Program-made: the position numbers and the translations under genes
Notes under the pieces: model-generated
Seen by the model: only the letters and a program-made list of their open reading frames with translations
Told to the model about the DNA's origin: nothing
The model's database searches: none
In this document: piece after piece, positions 39,196 to 49,546 of the stretch
Layout: the number at the start of each line of letters is the position of its first letter
Position numbering within the stretch: the stretch's first letter is position 1
Source: Elusimicrobiales bacterium
Lineage (GTDB): Bacteria; Elusimicrobiota; Elusimicrobia; Elusimicrobiales; UBA9959
DNA: 64,000 bases
Direction: 5' to 3'
NCBI GenBank assembly: GCA_036171915.1
Contig: JAVHRY010000092.1
Span: 15,298-79,297, forward strand

Positions 39196-39819
39196 GTGAA
39201 TAAAAGAGTATTATTCGCGGTTCTGCTCGGCCTGGCCGCCGCCGCGGCCTGGCCGCCGTATTATTGCCGGGCCCAGTCCGCGCCGGAGGACCAGTCTTTC
39301 AACTACAATCCCGGAGCCGGAGTAAAAGAACCCGAGATACAGCGGTCCCTTGCGGAAACATCCTACGACGACGCTGAAATAGTGAACCATCCGGTTTACG
39401 GCACTATAGTGCTCTCAAAGCACCGCTGGAAGAGCTGGGTGGCCCGCGCGCTGTACCTGACCCTGATAAACATAGCGCTCATCGCGGTTATTATCTCCAT
39501 TCCTAAAGCGGATGAATACAGCATCATAATTTCCTATGTGCTGTCGGGGGTCAGTTCCGCCGTTTCATTCTGGATCTTCCTTTGCGCGGTGCTGTTGTTC
39601 AGGCTGAACTCGTCGTCCTGGCTGTACGTGCTGCCCATCCCGGTCATTACCTGGTTTATTTCCCATGTAGTGCTGATGAAAATAAAACAATCGGATATTT
39701 CACTTACCAGCCTTAAGGAATCCTTTCAACAAATGAAATCAGCCGCTTCCGAAGACCCGCGCTTCGTTTCGGTGGATGGTTCCCCCGGCGACTGGCCGGA
39801 CCAGGATTTCATGAAGTAG
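39196..39819 (+). CDS. Hypothetical polytopic membrane protein with signal peptide
   Basis: GTG start. Signal-like N-terminus, then three hydrophobic helices. No recognisable family. Confidence 0.45.
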   Translation: MNKRVLFAVLLGLAAAAAWPPYYCRAQSAPEDQSFNYNPGAGVKEPEIQRSLAETSYDDAEIVNHPVYGTIVLSKHRWKSWVARALYLTLINIALIAVIISIPKADEYSIIISYVLSGVSSAVSFWIFLCAVLLFRLNSSSWLYVLPIPVITWFISHVVLMKIKQSDISLTSLKESFQQMKSAASEDPRFVSVDGSPGDWPDQDFMK

Positions 39820-39838
39820 CGGCCGGCCCCGGCAAAAG

Positions 39839-39876
39839 ACGAATGGCGCGAATAATTACATATTCGTGCCATTCGT
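39839..39876. terminator. 16-bp stem hairpin between convergent operons (likely terminator for the PorV-like operon)
   Basis: ACGAATGGCGCGAATA-ATTACA-TATTCGTGCCATTCGT (one G:U pair). On the minus strand it is followed by CTTTTG. Confidence 0.55.
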
Positions 39877-39898
39877 TTAAGGGCCTTATTCTTATTTT

Positions 39899-40825
39899 CT
39901 AAAACTGCAGCCACATGCCGAAACGGTGTATGCTGCCTAAATCGCCGAAAGGCAGGAAGGCGTAATCAACGCCCAGCCCGGCGACCTTAATTCCGAAACC
40001 CAGGCTTAAACCCACGGCGGCGCCGAGGTTGGAGGTGTCATAGCCGAACTTATAGCCGCCCCGCAGCGCGAACGCTTTGCGGAACCAGTATTCGGCGCCT
40101 ATTGCGGGGTAGATCTTCTCGTCCTGCAGGTATTCGTTAACCTCCGCTACGGCGTTGAGATTTTCTGAAACCCTGTAAAGCGCGCCGGCACTCAGGTTAA
40201 GCGGCAGCGGGTCAGACTCCGAATCGAACTTCATCTTTGTGCCAAGGTTCCGGGCAGCCAGAGAAAGGTTCATTTTAGGCGTGGCGCGGTAGATAGCCCC
40301 GGCGTCAACGGCGGCGGCAAAAGCGGTCTTATCGTCTATAGCCGACCGGATGAACTTAACGGAGAACCCGCCGTCAAGGCGCGGCAGGGAATCCTTCAGA
40401 ATATCTTTTTTAGCGTAAGCCAGGGTAAGGGCCATGTCGCTGGCGCTGAAGCTGCCCAGTTCCGGCACCGCCCCCACGGAGTCGTTCAGCGTCCGGCCGA
40501 TACCGCCTACCGTTATAAAAGTCGCGCCAAGACCGAAGCGGTTCGCCCCCGCCATCCCGGCGTAGGAGAGGTTGCCCATTTTGGCGTCCTGCAGGTAAGT
40601 GGTGAAATCAACGGCAGCTTCCCGGGTATCAAATTCCGCCAGGCCCGCCGGGTTCACGAACACCGCGCCCGAATCGTCGGCCAGGGCCCCGAAAGCCCCG
40701 CCCATGGCCACCGCGCGCGGGCTCATGGCCACCTTAAGGAAGGGAGCCGCCGTGGTCCCCGCGCCTGAGGCATAAGCCCCGGCCGGCAGCGCCAGGGCCA
40801 GCATTAAAAGCAGTATTTTCTTCAT
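39899..40825 (-). CDS. PorV/PorQ-like (FadL-superfamily) outer-membrane beta-barrel
   Basis: Signal peptide, then GTTAAPFLKVAMSPRAVAMGGAFGALADDSGAVFVNPAGLA, which resembles the PorV/PorQ/UPF0164 N-terminal signature. Alternating beta-strand pattern and a C-terminal aromatic residue (WLQF). Confidence 0.6.
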   Translation of the reverse strand: MKKILLLMLALALPAGAYASGAGTTAAPFLKVAMSPRAVAMGGAFGALADDSGAVFVNPAGLAEFDTREAAVDFTTYLQDAKMGNLSYAGMAGANRFGLGATFITVGGIGRTLNDSVGAVPELGSFSASDMALTLAYAKKDILKDSLPRLDGGFSVKFIRSAIDDKTAFAAAVDAGAIYRATPKMNLSLAARNLGTKMKFDSESDPLPLNLSAGALYRVSENLNAVAEVNEYLQDEKIYPAIGAEYWFRKAFALRGGYKFGYDTSNLGAAVGLSLGFGIKVAGLGVDYAFLPFGDLGSIHRFGMWLQF

Positions 40826-40860
40826 AATTTACCTCTTGCCCAAAACGTATTCCCTCAGCA

Positions 40861-43800
40861 TTATTTTATTATCGCCATCTTATGCGCCTTGGCGCCTAGT
40901 TTTTTGCCGTCAAGGTATGTCAGCATGAAATACACCCCGGAGGCGCACTCGGAGCCATTGTCGTTCCTGCCGTCCCACTCGGAATAATACACATTGTTGC
41001 CGTCGCGCGGCCCGTCATTTATGGCGCGCACTTTTTCGCCGGCCAGGTTATATATAACGAACTTAACATTGCCCGACTTGCCAGCCGGCAGGTTATACTT
41101 TATAACCGTACCTTTTGTGGTGTAAGCGCTGACACCGTCAAACCCCGCAAGCCCCGCGAAGGCCGCGGTACCCTGTATGTTTTTGACAGTCTTGGATTTA
41201 AGGCTGAACGGATTGGGTATGTTGTAAACCTCGAACGAGGAGCTGAACGCGCTTATACCGGTAGTGGGCTTGGCCGTGAACACGGCGAACTTGCCCGACT
41301 GTGACGACGAGGTAGCGGCGCTGGGCACGTACCTGCCGCCGCTTAGGGCGCTCATATGGAACTGCTTGCGTTCCAGCGGGGTATTGGCGCCGTCCGCGCC
41401 CCTGTAAGCCCCGTCGAGGCTCCGCACGTCCACCGACACCACGCCCGTCATCGGGTCCACGGTGTAGTTCCCCGGCACCTCCTGCCAATCGCCGGTGTCC
41501 TGGGACTGCTGGTAGATCCGCAGGGCGCCGGAGTTCAGGCCGCGCTCCTTGTCGTATTTCAAGGTCAGCGTGAAGGGTTTGTTCCCCTGCACGTTGGCCA
41601 GGTTAAAGCTGTAAACTTCCGAGGCCATCAGGTTCTGAATAGCGGTCTCTATGCTGGCTTTGCCTTTGGCGGTCTTAACCGTGCGAACCGACGGCAGCGA
41701 GCTGAAAAAGCCGCCTACCAGGCCCGACAGATCGGCGGTGCCGGACGAGGCGGTCAGCGTACCCGCGTCCAGCTCTATGCCGGAATACTCCTCGTTCTCG
41801 GAGTCGAGGTCTATCTCGCCGCCTTCGCTGGCGGCGTCCTCTATGTACTGCTCGGTGCGGACATCGTTGGCCTCGTCGTAAACCACGTTCTTTACCATTT
41901 TAAGGAAGTCGTCCCCCATGCTGTCGTCAAACGCTTCCACGTGGACATTATATGTTTTGCCGGATGAGACGGTGAATTTCCCCACATACGTATTATCAGG
42001 GTCCAGCCTTAAAGACAATGAAACCGCGGTTGCAGGATCATAACAACCGCCGGAATTATTTTCGCATCCGGGCGCGGTTACCAGGTTATACCAACACCGG
42101 GGAGCCTTTATCAATTCTTTGGGGCTTTGGATCATAACATCCGCTTTCATGTCGGAGTCCTGGGACTTCCTTATTTTTACGGTAACCTGCGGGTTGGCAT
42201 CCACAAGCACAATGGGGTTCCCAAGGACGGTCACTCCCACCGAAGCCGTACAGGATGACTTCCCGATAGGTTTTCCCGGGTAAAGCGCCGAGATGTTATA
42301 AACGTGCCCCGGATTTATGCCGGGCAGCTCAAAGCCGCCCGCTTCGTCGGTCTGCGCCTGTATTTTAGGCAGATAAGAAGCGGGGGAGGTTGTGTTGAGA
42401 GTTTCGTCATAAGCCGTTACTTTAATGCCGGCTTTAGCGGTAGCGCCGCCCAAACCCCCGCCCAGCAATACCGTGCCGGTTATACTGGAGGTGGAGGGGA
42501 CCATGTATAAATTAAATGAAGCGTTGTCGCTGCCGGTTATGCTGCCGGCCAGGCTGGTTTTCTCCCCGGTGGTAACAAAGCCGTCGCGCGAAACCTCAAG
42601 CCGGTAAATACCGGGCGGGAGGTTTGTGAAACTGAAAGCGCCGTAATCGTCGGTTTTCGCCAGTTTCTCAACTATGCGGTGCTTTAAATACACGGAAGCG
42701 TTAGGGAGCAGCGCGCCGGCCGCGCCGGAACTCCTGACCACTCCGGAAATAGCCCCTACAGCAAGGCGCTGCGCGTCAAAATCGAACTCCTTGGCCTCGT
42801 CGGCCGGCAGGTTGACGGACACCGGCACCGGGGGATAGTTGGGGTTGGCGAACACAGCCGTATAATTGCCGGGAGGCAGGCCCCAGATCATATAACTCAG
42901 CGGCCGCGCCGCCAGCACCGAAATGATAGTGGCGGAACTTTTATTGGTTACGCCGGCTTCAAAAGGCCCGATAGCCTGTTCGTCCGGCAGGGCGTGAGAG
43001 AAGCCGCGGAAATCCCCCGCCGTATCATAAAGCATTACGGCCGGGATAAGCCCTATTATTTCAGTGTCAAAAGCCGCGAAGATCTTGGCATAGTCGGAAT
43101 CCGTGAATATTTTTGTTCCTCTCACATGCCCGGCAATGCTGTCCTGGCCTATTGAACCGAGTATTTCTACCGAGAGGGGCTGAGCCATAGTTCCAAGGTT
43201 GGGATTAACTTTCGCCTGCTGCGCGGTCACATTTATGGGCACATTTTTCTCCTTGCCTATAAAGTTGGCGAACTGGCTGCAGCTCCCGCCCGGCTTGCCG
43301 CAGTCGAACTTGGTGCCAAGCAGCAGGTAAAAGTCGTACTGGCCGGGGGACATATACTTGGTCTCCCAGCCGGTAGCGGTGCTGTAATTAAAAGCGAACT
43401 GGTCCTGGCCAAAGAACAGGTCGGTTATCTTCTGCTGGTTCATCTGCGTGCCGGAGGGCAGGGGGATGACAAGATAAGACCAGGCCGCAGTTGAGATCTC
43501 GGGCAGGCCGAAGATGTTAGGCTTCACTGCCAGGCCGGTTTCAAGGTTAAAAGTCAGATCAGTGTTCCTGCCAGCCACTATATTTACATTTTCCAGCGTT
43601 TGCACCGGCCAGAAGAAGCTGGTGGTATTAGGCGCCAGGGATACATTATAAGTACCGGCCGGGAGGTTCGGGAACTTGGCGTTGCCATAATTGTTAATAC
43701 TCTCGCCCTCCTGGGCTGAAACATTTTTACCGGTAACATTTATATTGAGCGGGGACCCAATTCCCTGCGGGGGATTATAAAGAGAACCGTCGGGTAATTT

Positions 43801-46800
43801 TACTTTGCAGGAAAGGCTGCCGGATTTTACCAGACTGAAGTCCATGCGCGCCGTCGTGGTGGAAGTAAGGTCTATGTCCCCGCCGAAAGAGGAGGCATTC
43901 CCCCACTCGTTCGAAATCACTCTGCTCCAATAACTGCTGCCGCTGGCCACAATTATAGAGTAGGCCGTGGTGTTGCTGTCAAGCGTGCCGGAAATGGCGG
44001 TAAGCCCCATCTTCCTGGTTTGACAATCCGAGTCGCACTGCTCCTGCGCCATTATTATTATCGCCGAAGATTTGCTGATGACAAAGGTGTTGGAAGGCGT
44101 TACGGTATAGGTGGTGGCAAAGGTGACATAGCCGGTTATACTCCCTGTGGCGTTCGTGTTGCCCTGGATATTAAACACATAAGGCTGCACGCCCTTGCAG
44201 GTACCGGAGCTGTCCAGCACCCAGGCGAGGCCCGCCGTGCAGGGGTTGTGGCTGGGCAGCGCGGGCGCGGTAGCGCCGGCCGCGGAAACAGTCACGCGCA
44301 GGTCGTCGGGAGTGTTTGAAAGATTGTCGGGCCCGTTATTTAACTTTAAATACAGCGGGGATTCAACGCTGAGGCTCACATTGCCGTCTACCAGGCCGTC
44401 AAGCAGGAACTGGCCGTCGCCGTCGGTATAGGCGGTACTTTCCATCCCGACGCAGGGATGCATGCCGCCGTAGGAGTCTGCCCCGGCCCAGTTCTTGCAG
44501 TCCCCCTCCACGCGCACCTGGGAATAAGGCACAGGCATGCCGTTATACCTTATATAGCCCTTTAAAGTGTAAGTAGCCAATTCAAGCTGATACGTGGCGT
44601 TCATCATCGGCAGAACCACGCCTTCGCTCCTGACTTTGTAGCCGTTCTTAAAGATATTCAAAGGATACTGCTGGTTCCAGGGAACTGACTGGAAGGAGAA
44701 TCTGCCGTTGATGTCGGTAAAAGTTTCGGCCTGGAATAAATTTTGGCAGGAGCCAGGACAGACAGACGGATTGCTTGAAATATCGATCCGCACATCTTTA
44801 AGCGCGTTGCCGGAACTATCGCCCACGAAACCGCTGAAAGCTACCGCGGAGGCGGCGCCGGTCTGGTAGGTTGCCAGCGGCGCCATGGCCGAGGACATAT
44901 CAACAGATATGAAATTTTCAGAAGGCAGGGCGAACGAGACAGGGGCCGTAAAAGAAAGCCTGCCGGGAACGGACACGGTCAGGCTTAAGGTGTCTTGGGC
45001 CGAAGGCTGCACATTGTAAATTTCCATTGTACCGGCGGTGTCCGTGGCTTTGAACACCCCATAGGCCACGCGCTCGCGGGTCTGCGTAAAAAAGACCTCA
45101 CCCATAAGGCTGTAGCCGCGTACAAGGCCCGAAAGGCTCACATGCAGGGTAGCGCCCTGGTTGGCCGCAGCTATGGGGTTAAGTTCGTATAGCTTGGTGT
45201 CCGCCTGCCTTAAGTTCACTACGAACTTACCCAGCGGGTCGTTTATCTGGTCTTTAACCGTAGGGGATAAGCTGGGAGAAGACAGTACCACCAGGTAATT
45301 CAGGGCAGGGCGCACCGGAGCGGTAAATTTACCGTCGGCGCCGGTCTTGCCGGTGGTCAGGTAACTTCCATCCGGGGAGCCGCCGGAAGGCATGGGGATA
45401 AGCCCTACGTTAACGCCGCTCCGGGGAGCCGCCTGGTTCACAAAAACGGTCAGGGACTTGTTGTTATCGGACAAGTCGTTCTTTGTGATCCTAAGCCCCT
45501 GTGAATTGTTGCCGCTGAAACTACCCATCATATACGCACTGCCTGCCGCGTCCACGGCCACGGCCTTGCCGTAGTTGTAGCCCTGGCTGTAGGAGGAGGA
45601 GGAAAGCAAGAGCAGGTTGTTGTCGTATTGCAGGCCGATGGCGCTGCCGTTCATCATGGAGCCGCCATAATAATTCTGCTGGCCTGAACCGTCAGAGTAC
45701 CCGGCCACATAAACATTACCGGCCGCGCCCACGGCCACGGAATTGGCGGTTTCCATGCTGCCGGCGTTGAATAAGGCCAGGTTCTGGAAATTCAGGCTGT
45801 TATTGTACTTTACGGTAAGGATATCGTTGCTCATGCCGTTATTGGTGTAGCCGGTAACGAACACATTCCCCGCCTGGTCCACGGCCAGGGAGTTAGCGAC
45901 GTCGTTGCTGGTCTGGCCCATACCGCTGAAGACCGCTGAAGATTGAAAAACGAGCTCATTATTAAACCAGGCTGTCACCCAGTTACTGGCGGTGTCGGTG
46001 CTCGTGGCGCTGTAATAGCCGGTAAGAAACACATTACCGGATTTATCCACGGCGATGTCGGAGGGCGTATCCCAGTAGTTTATACCCGCGCTCCCGGAAG
46101 CGAAAGCGGCTGTGGTCTGCAGTACAGGGGGATTGGAGTTGTCGTATTTAGCCAAAAACATATCCTGGCTCATGGTGGACATGTTGTAGTAGATTCCCAG
46201 AACATACACATTGGCAGCCGCGTCCACAACAAAGGCGACTGGGCGCGGATACTCGTTGCCGATATAAGACGCCGAAGACCGCCAGACCAGGTTTGTGTCG
46301 TACTTGTTTATAAGCATCCCTGACGTCCCTGAATTATAAAACCCGCCCAGCGTATAAACGTTGCCGCCCTGGTCCAGGGCCAGGTCGGCCGGGACGCCGT
46401 AGTCCATGGTGGTACTGCCGATAGTGCTTGAATACACCCGCGCCATGGAAAAGCTATTCGAAGCGGTTGATTTTATTATAAGGTAGTCCCCGCGTACGCC
46501 CTCGCCGGGCATGGGCGCGGTGCCGCCCATATTACTGATCGTCCCCAGGGCGTAAATAAAAGGACCGCCGGCCGTTACAGTGTCAACCGCCACGGCCCGG
46601 GGTTCTATGCTGCCGCCGTTGTCGAACACCAGGCCGTCGGGCTGGCTGAAGCCGCCGGCAAAGCCTTGCCCCACCCTGGGGCCGTACATTTTATTGGTAA
46701 CAGGGTAACCGATAGCGTCGGCGTTATTGATATCTTTAGCCTCAAAACTATAGGAGTAATTGTTGCCTGCCGCCAGGATAACAGTGGATTTATATATCTC

Positions 46801-48207
46801 GCCCGACAAAGGAGAAAACCCGCTTTCCTTGAACATGGTACTGGATATTATCTCAACGCCGTTGCTGAAAATATGCACTTTAGGATAACCCGGCGCGGGG
46901 TTATCAGTATCGGGGTCGGCGTATTTTACCTTATATAAGAAAGGTTCGACGGAAAGACCTACGGCCGGCGTAACCCCGTTCCAGTCGTAACCGGGCTGGC
47001 CGGCCCAGTAAAGAGCGGGCGCCCGGTTGCCGGCGCCGGCGGCGGGGTATTTTACGGTAGCTATATTGGAAAGGGTGGTATAGCCGTTGTACTTATTGGA
47101 ATAACCCGTGGTATACACATTATCAACACTGTCCACGGCTACCGCAAACCCCATATCGGAATCTCCGCCGTCATAGGTGGAAAAAGTTTCAAACCCGAGA
47201 CCGCTATCAAGTTTTACGGTAAGGTAGTCGCCGCCGCCCATACTCTGCGAAGCCCCGGCAAGGTACACATGATGCCCATCCGTGCTTACCGCGATACTAT
47301 TGCACTGGTCATAACCGCCGCTGTCAAACGCGGCGGAAGATACGTCAAGCAGATTACTAGCGAATTTATGAACTACGCAGTCCATGTTTACGCCGTTGTA
47401 ATTATTAGCGACAAGAAACACTTCGCCCGCGTTGCTTACTGCCGCGGCATACGTGTAAGCGGCGGATGAAAAACCCACTGGCAAAGCCGCAGAACCAATA
47501 TATGTAACGCCGGAATTAAATTTAAAGACAGAAGTGTTGCTGCCGGTCCAGCCTGTTATATAGATATTGCCGGAACCATCCACCCCGACGCCGTTAGCGG
47601 AGCCCCAGTTGCCGGTCATCACAGCCGCGCTTGATACGGCCTGAGTTGAATAATTATATTTAACCAAAGCGATCTGGTTATCTATCTGTCCGCCCAGGTA
47701 CAGATATGGGTTCCCATGGTTATCAGGCACAATGCTTTGCATATTTACCGACCCCAGGCCGGCGGTATATGAATAATCGGTTGTTGGCGCGGTCAGGTTT
47801 GAGTCAAATTTCCTTATAAGCAATTTGGCAGGAACGTAATAGCTGCCGATTATGTAAACGCTGCCGTCATAGCCGACAGTCATGGCGGTATAGTTCACCC
47901 CGAAGGCGTTGTAATCTCCCGGCAGCGTGGCGGAAGTTAAAAAGACACCCGCGCCGTTGTATTTTATGATCAAATTATCGCTGCCGGACTGGCCGCGCAC
48001 ATAGATAAACGGGCCGCCGGTGGTTTTGGAATCCACCGCTATATTGTAGCCGTAGGAATAGTTCGGCCCGCCGAAAACGGCGGCGGCGGTTGAGACGGAA
48101 AAGTCCCCGGTTATTGTCGCTCCGACCGCGGTTCCATCCTGCGCCCGGCCGTAAGAGGCGGACAAGGCCAGGACCAGGGTTAAAACAAGTTTTTTTATAT
48201 TGAACAT
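40861..48207 (-). CDS. Giant secreted surface protein (2448 aa): two SBBP-type beta-propeller blocks, several CarboxypepD_reg-like beta-sandwich domains, and a C-terminal T9SS/FlgD-Ig sorting domain
   Basis: Signal peptide. 7+7 repeats of the (A/V)D..GN(V/I)(Y/F).(T/A)GY type. At least 6 segments match G.V.D..G..L....V.....TD..G.F.F..L..G.Y. The C-terminus reads YNIPNPFS...VKFVIYNLAGEKVRAI...WDGRNDNGSECASGVYFML...KMAIIK. AGGAGA SD. Confidence 0.85.
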   Translation of the reverse strand: MFNIKKLVLTLVLALSASYGRAQDGTAVGATITGDFSVSTAAAVFGGPNYSYGYNIAVDSKTTGGPFIYVRGQSGSDNLIIKYNGAGVFLTSATLPGDYNAFGVNYTAMTVGYDGSVYIIGSYYVPAKLLIRKFDSNLTAPTTDYSYTAGLGSVNMQSIVPDNHGNPYLYLGGQIDNQIALVKYNYSTQAVSSAAVMTGNWGSANGVGVDGSGNIYITGWTGSNTSVFKFNSGVTYIGSAALPVGFSSAAYTYAAAVSNAGEVFLVANNYNGVNMDCVVHKFASNLLDVSSAAFDSGGYDQCNSIAVSTDGHHVYLAGASQSMGGGDYLTVKLDSGLGFETFSTYDGGDSDMGFAVAVDSVDNVYTTGYSNKYNGYTTLSNIATVKYPAAGAGNRAPALYWAGQPGYDWNGVTPAVGLSVEPFLYKVKYADPDTDNPAPGYPKVHIFSNGVEIISSTMFKESGFSPLSGEIYKSTVILAAGNNYSYSFEAKDINNADAIGYPVTNKMYGPRVGQGFAGGFSQPDGLVFDNGGSIEPRAVAVDTVTAGGPFIYALGTISNMGGTAPMPGEGVRGDYLIIKSTASNSFSMARVYSSTIGSTTMDYGVPADLALDQGGNVYTLGGFYNSGTSGMLINKYDTNLVWRSSASYIGNEYPRPVAFVVDAAANVYVLGIYYNMSTMSQDMFLAKYDNSNPPVLQTTAAFASGSAGINYWDTPSDIAVDKSGNVFLTGYYSATSTDTASNWVTAWFNNELVFQSSAVFSGMGQTSNDVANSLAVDQAGNVFVTGYTNNGMSNDILTVKYNNSLNFQNLALFNAGSMETANSVAVGAAGNVYVAGYSDGSGQQNYYGGSMMNGSAIGLQYDNNLLLLSSSSYSQGYNYGKAVAVDAAGSAYMMGSFSGNNSQGLRITKNDLSDNNKSLTVFVNQAAPRSGVNVGLIPMPSGGSPDGSYLTTGKTGADGKFTAPVRPALNYLVVLSSPSLSPTVKDQINDPLGKFVVNLRQADTKLYELNPIAAANQGATLHVSLSGLVRGYSLMGEVFFTQTRERVAYGVFKATDTAGTMEIYNVQPSAQDTLSLTVSVPGRLSFTAPVSFALPSENFISVDMSSAMAPLATYQTGAASAVAFSGFVGDSSGNALKDVRIDISSNPSVCPGSCQNLFQAETFTDINGRFSFQSVPWNQQYPLNIFKNGYKVRSEGVVLPMMNATYQLELATYTLKGYIRYNGMPVPYSQVRVEGDCKNWAGADSYGGMHPCVGMESTAYTDGDGQFLLDGLVDGNVSLSVESPLYLKLNNGPDNLSNTPDDLRVTVSAAGATAPALPSHNPCTAGLAWVLDSSGTCKGVQPYVFNIQGNTNATGSITGYVTFATTYTVTPSNTFVISKSSAIIIMAQEQCDSDCQTRKMGLTAISGTLDSNTTAYSIIVASGSSYWSRVISNEWGNASSFGGDIDLTSTTTARMDFSLVKSGSLSCKVKLPDGSLYNPPQGIGSPLNINVTGKNVSAQEGESINNYGNAKFPNLPAGTYNVSLAPNTTSFFWPVQTLENVNIVAGRNTDLTFNLETGLAVKPNIFGLPEISTAAWSYLVIPLPSGTQMNQQKITDLFFGQDQFAFNYSTATGWETKYMSPGQYDFYLLLGTKFDCGKPGGSCSQFANFIGKEKNVPINVTAQQAKVNPNLGTMAQPLSVEILGSIGQDSIAGHVRGTKIFTDSDYAKIFAAFDTEIIGLIPAVMLYDTAGDFRGFSHALPDEQAIGPFEAGVTNKSSATIISVLAARPLSYMIWGLPPGNYTAVFANPNYPPVPVSVNLPADEAKEFDFDAQRLAVGAISGVVRSSGAAGALLPNASVYLKHRIVEKLAKTDDYGAFSFTNLPPGIYRLEVSRDGFVTTGEKTSLAGSITGSDNASFNLYMVPSTSSITGTVLLGGGLGGATAKAGIKVTAYDETLNTTSPASYLPKIQAQTDEAGGFELPGINPGHVYNISALYPGKPIGKSSCTASVGVTVLGNPIVLVDANPQVTVKIRKSQDSDMKADVMIQSPKELIKAPRCWYNLVTAPGCENNSGGCYDPATAVSLSLRLDPDNTYVGKFTVSSGKTYNVHVEAFDDSMGDDFLKMVKNVVYDEANDVRTEQYIEDAASEGGEIDLDSENEEYSGIELDAGTLTASSGTADLSGLVGGFFSSLPSVRTVKTAKGKASIETAIQNLMASEVYSFNLANVQGNKPFTLTLKYDKERGLNSGALRIYQQSQDTGDWQEVPGNYTVDPMTGVVSVDVRSLDGAYRGADGANTPLERKQFHMSALSGGRYVPSAATSSSQSGKFAVFTAKPTTGISAFSSSFEVYNIPNPFSLKSKTVKNIQGTAAFAGLAGFDGVSAYTTKGTVIKYNLPAGKSGNVKFVIYNLAGEKVRAINDGPRDGNNVYYSEWDGRNDNGSECASGVYFMLTYLDGKKLGAKAHKMAIIK

Positions 48208-48295
48208 AAGTTCTCCTAAAAACGACCGCGTGATGAAACGCCGGGCTTAAATAATGACCGGGGCTCCCGGCGCCGTTGCGCCGCTCCGGTTTCCT

Positions 48296-49525
48296 TTAAA
48301 ACTCCCACTCCAGGCCGGCCAGGTAGGTGCTGGCGCGGTAGTTATAGCGGTAATTGGCCTCGTAGCGCATGTTGGAGCTGGAGACCTGGTAATTGTAGGC
48401 CGCCCGGGCGTAGAAACTCTTGAATACCGGGTACCTGGCCGTCAGGGAGCTGAGCCACACGGTCTGGTCGATTTTGGCCGCGCCGTAAACGCCGCTCTCG
48501 TCCTGCCTGCAGCGCCCGGTATAATAAAGCCGGCGCCAGTCAAGGCTGAACCCGAACTGCGTCCCGTCTTTCAGCATAAAATTCATGGAAGGAGCAAGGC
48601 CTATCTCGGTGTAGCTGTAATAGTCCTTGATAAAAGTGGTGCGGGAAGAATCGTAGGAGTTCTGGTTGGAGCTCAGCCAGCCGAAATGCGCCGCCGCCGC
48701 AAGATAAAGAGGCTTCAGGGCGCGCGAGGCTTTTACGCTGAAGTTCTGCAGCAGGTCGGCGCGCTTGTCGCTTTTAAAATAAGGCTGGCCGGTAGCCGGC
48801 TTGGCCACCAAAGCCTGGTCGCCGTAGCTGCGGTAGGTTATGTCGTAGCCGGCTTTCATATTTACGGGGTCGGGGAACCAGGCGTAAACAAACCCCAAGC
48901 GGTGGTTGACGTTATCCATGGTGTCCGTCCCTGCGTTAGCCGACAGCTCGTCAAAGGTGGTGGTATCGATAACGGTCCGGGACTGCGACAGCAGCGTGCT
49001 GTAGTTGGGATACTTCACCTGGTAAAAATCATAGGACTCGGTAAAGGTGCCGTGCGGCCGCTCCTGTTCGGCGTCAAAGCCCAGGGAGAGGGTGGTGTAG
49101 TCAAAAAGGCCTTTACCCCAGTTCTCGTCCTTGGTTTCCTTAATAAGGGCCTTTGAGTACGAGATGCGCGGCTTGTACTTGTCAAACTCGTCGGTGTAAA
49201 CGTATTTAAGCGAGACGGTATGGGTCTGGCGCTGGCGGGTGAGCACGCCGCCGCCGGCCAGTTCCTGTATATCCTGCGTGCCGGAGTAGTTGCCGGAATA
49301 GACCGGGATAAGTTCGTGCCCTTCGGACAGCGTCAGGGCCGGGGAGAGAAAAGCGTCGAACCGCCCCTGGAAGGAAGCGGCGTCGGAGTCCAGGTAATAC
49401 TTGCCGCCCAGCAGGGAAACGTCGGCCACGGGCGTTATCTTAGTTTCGGCCCGGGCCGCCGCAGAGAGCAGCAGCAGTACCGCCGCCAGGGATATTTTGT
49501 CCAAGAGATTTATTTTTATTTTCAT
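48296..49525 (-). CDS. Orphan outer-membrane beta-barrel protein, hypothetical
   Basis: Signal peptide (AAARA/E). Abundant alternating Tyr/aromatic strands. The C-terminal LAGLEWEF beta-signal ends in Phe. Confidence 0.55.
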   Translation of the reverse strand: MKIKINLLDKISLAAVLLLLSAAARAETKITPVADVSLLGGKYYLDSDAASFQGRFDAFLSPALTLSEGHELIPVYSGNYSGTQDIQELAGGGVLTRQRQTHTVSLKYVYTDEFDKYKPRISYSKALIKETKDENWGKGLFDYTTLSLGFDAEQERPHGTFTESYDFYQVKYPNYSTLLSQSRTVIDTTTFDELSANAGTDTMDNVNHRLGFVYAWFPDPVNMKAGYDITYRSYGDQALVAKPATGQPYFKSDKRADLLQNFSVKASRALKPLYLAAAAHFGWLSSNQNSYDSSRTTFIKDYYSYTEIGLAPSMNFMLKDGTQFGFSLDWRRLYYTGRCRQDESGVYGAAKIDQTVWLSSLTARYPVFKSFYARAAYNYQVSSSNMRYEANYRYNYRASTYLAGLEWEF

Positions 49526-49546
49526 AGTCGGAATTTTTTAAACAGG

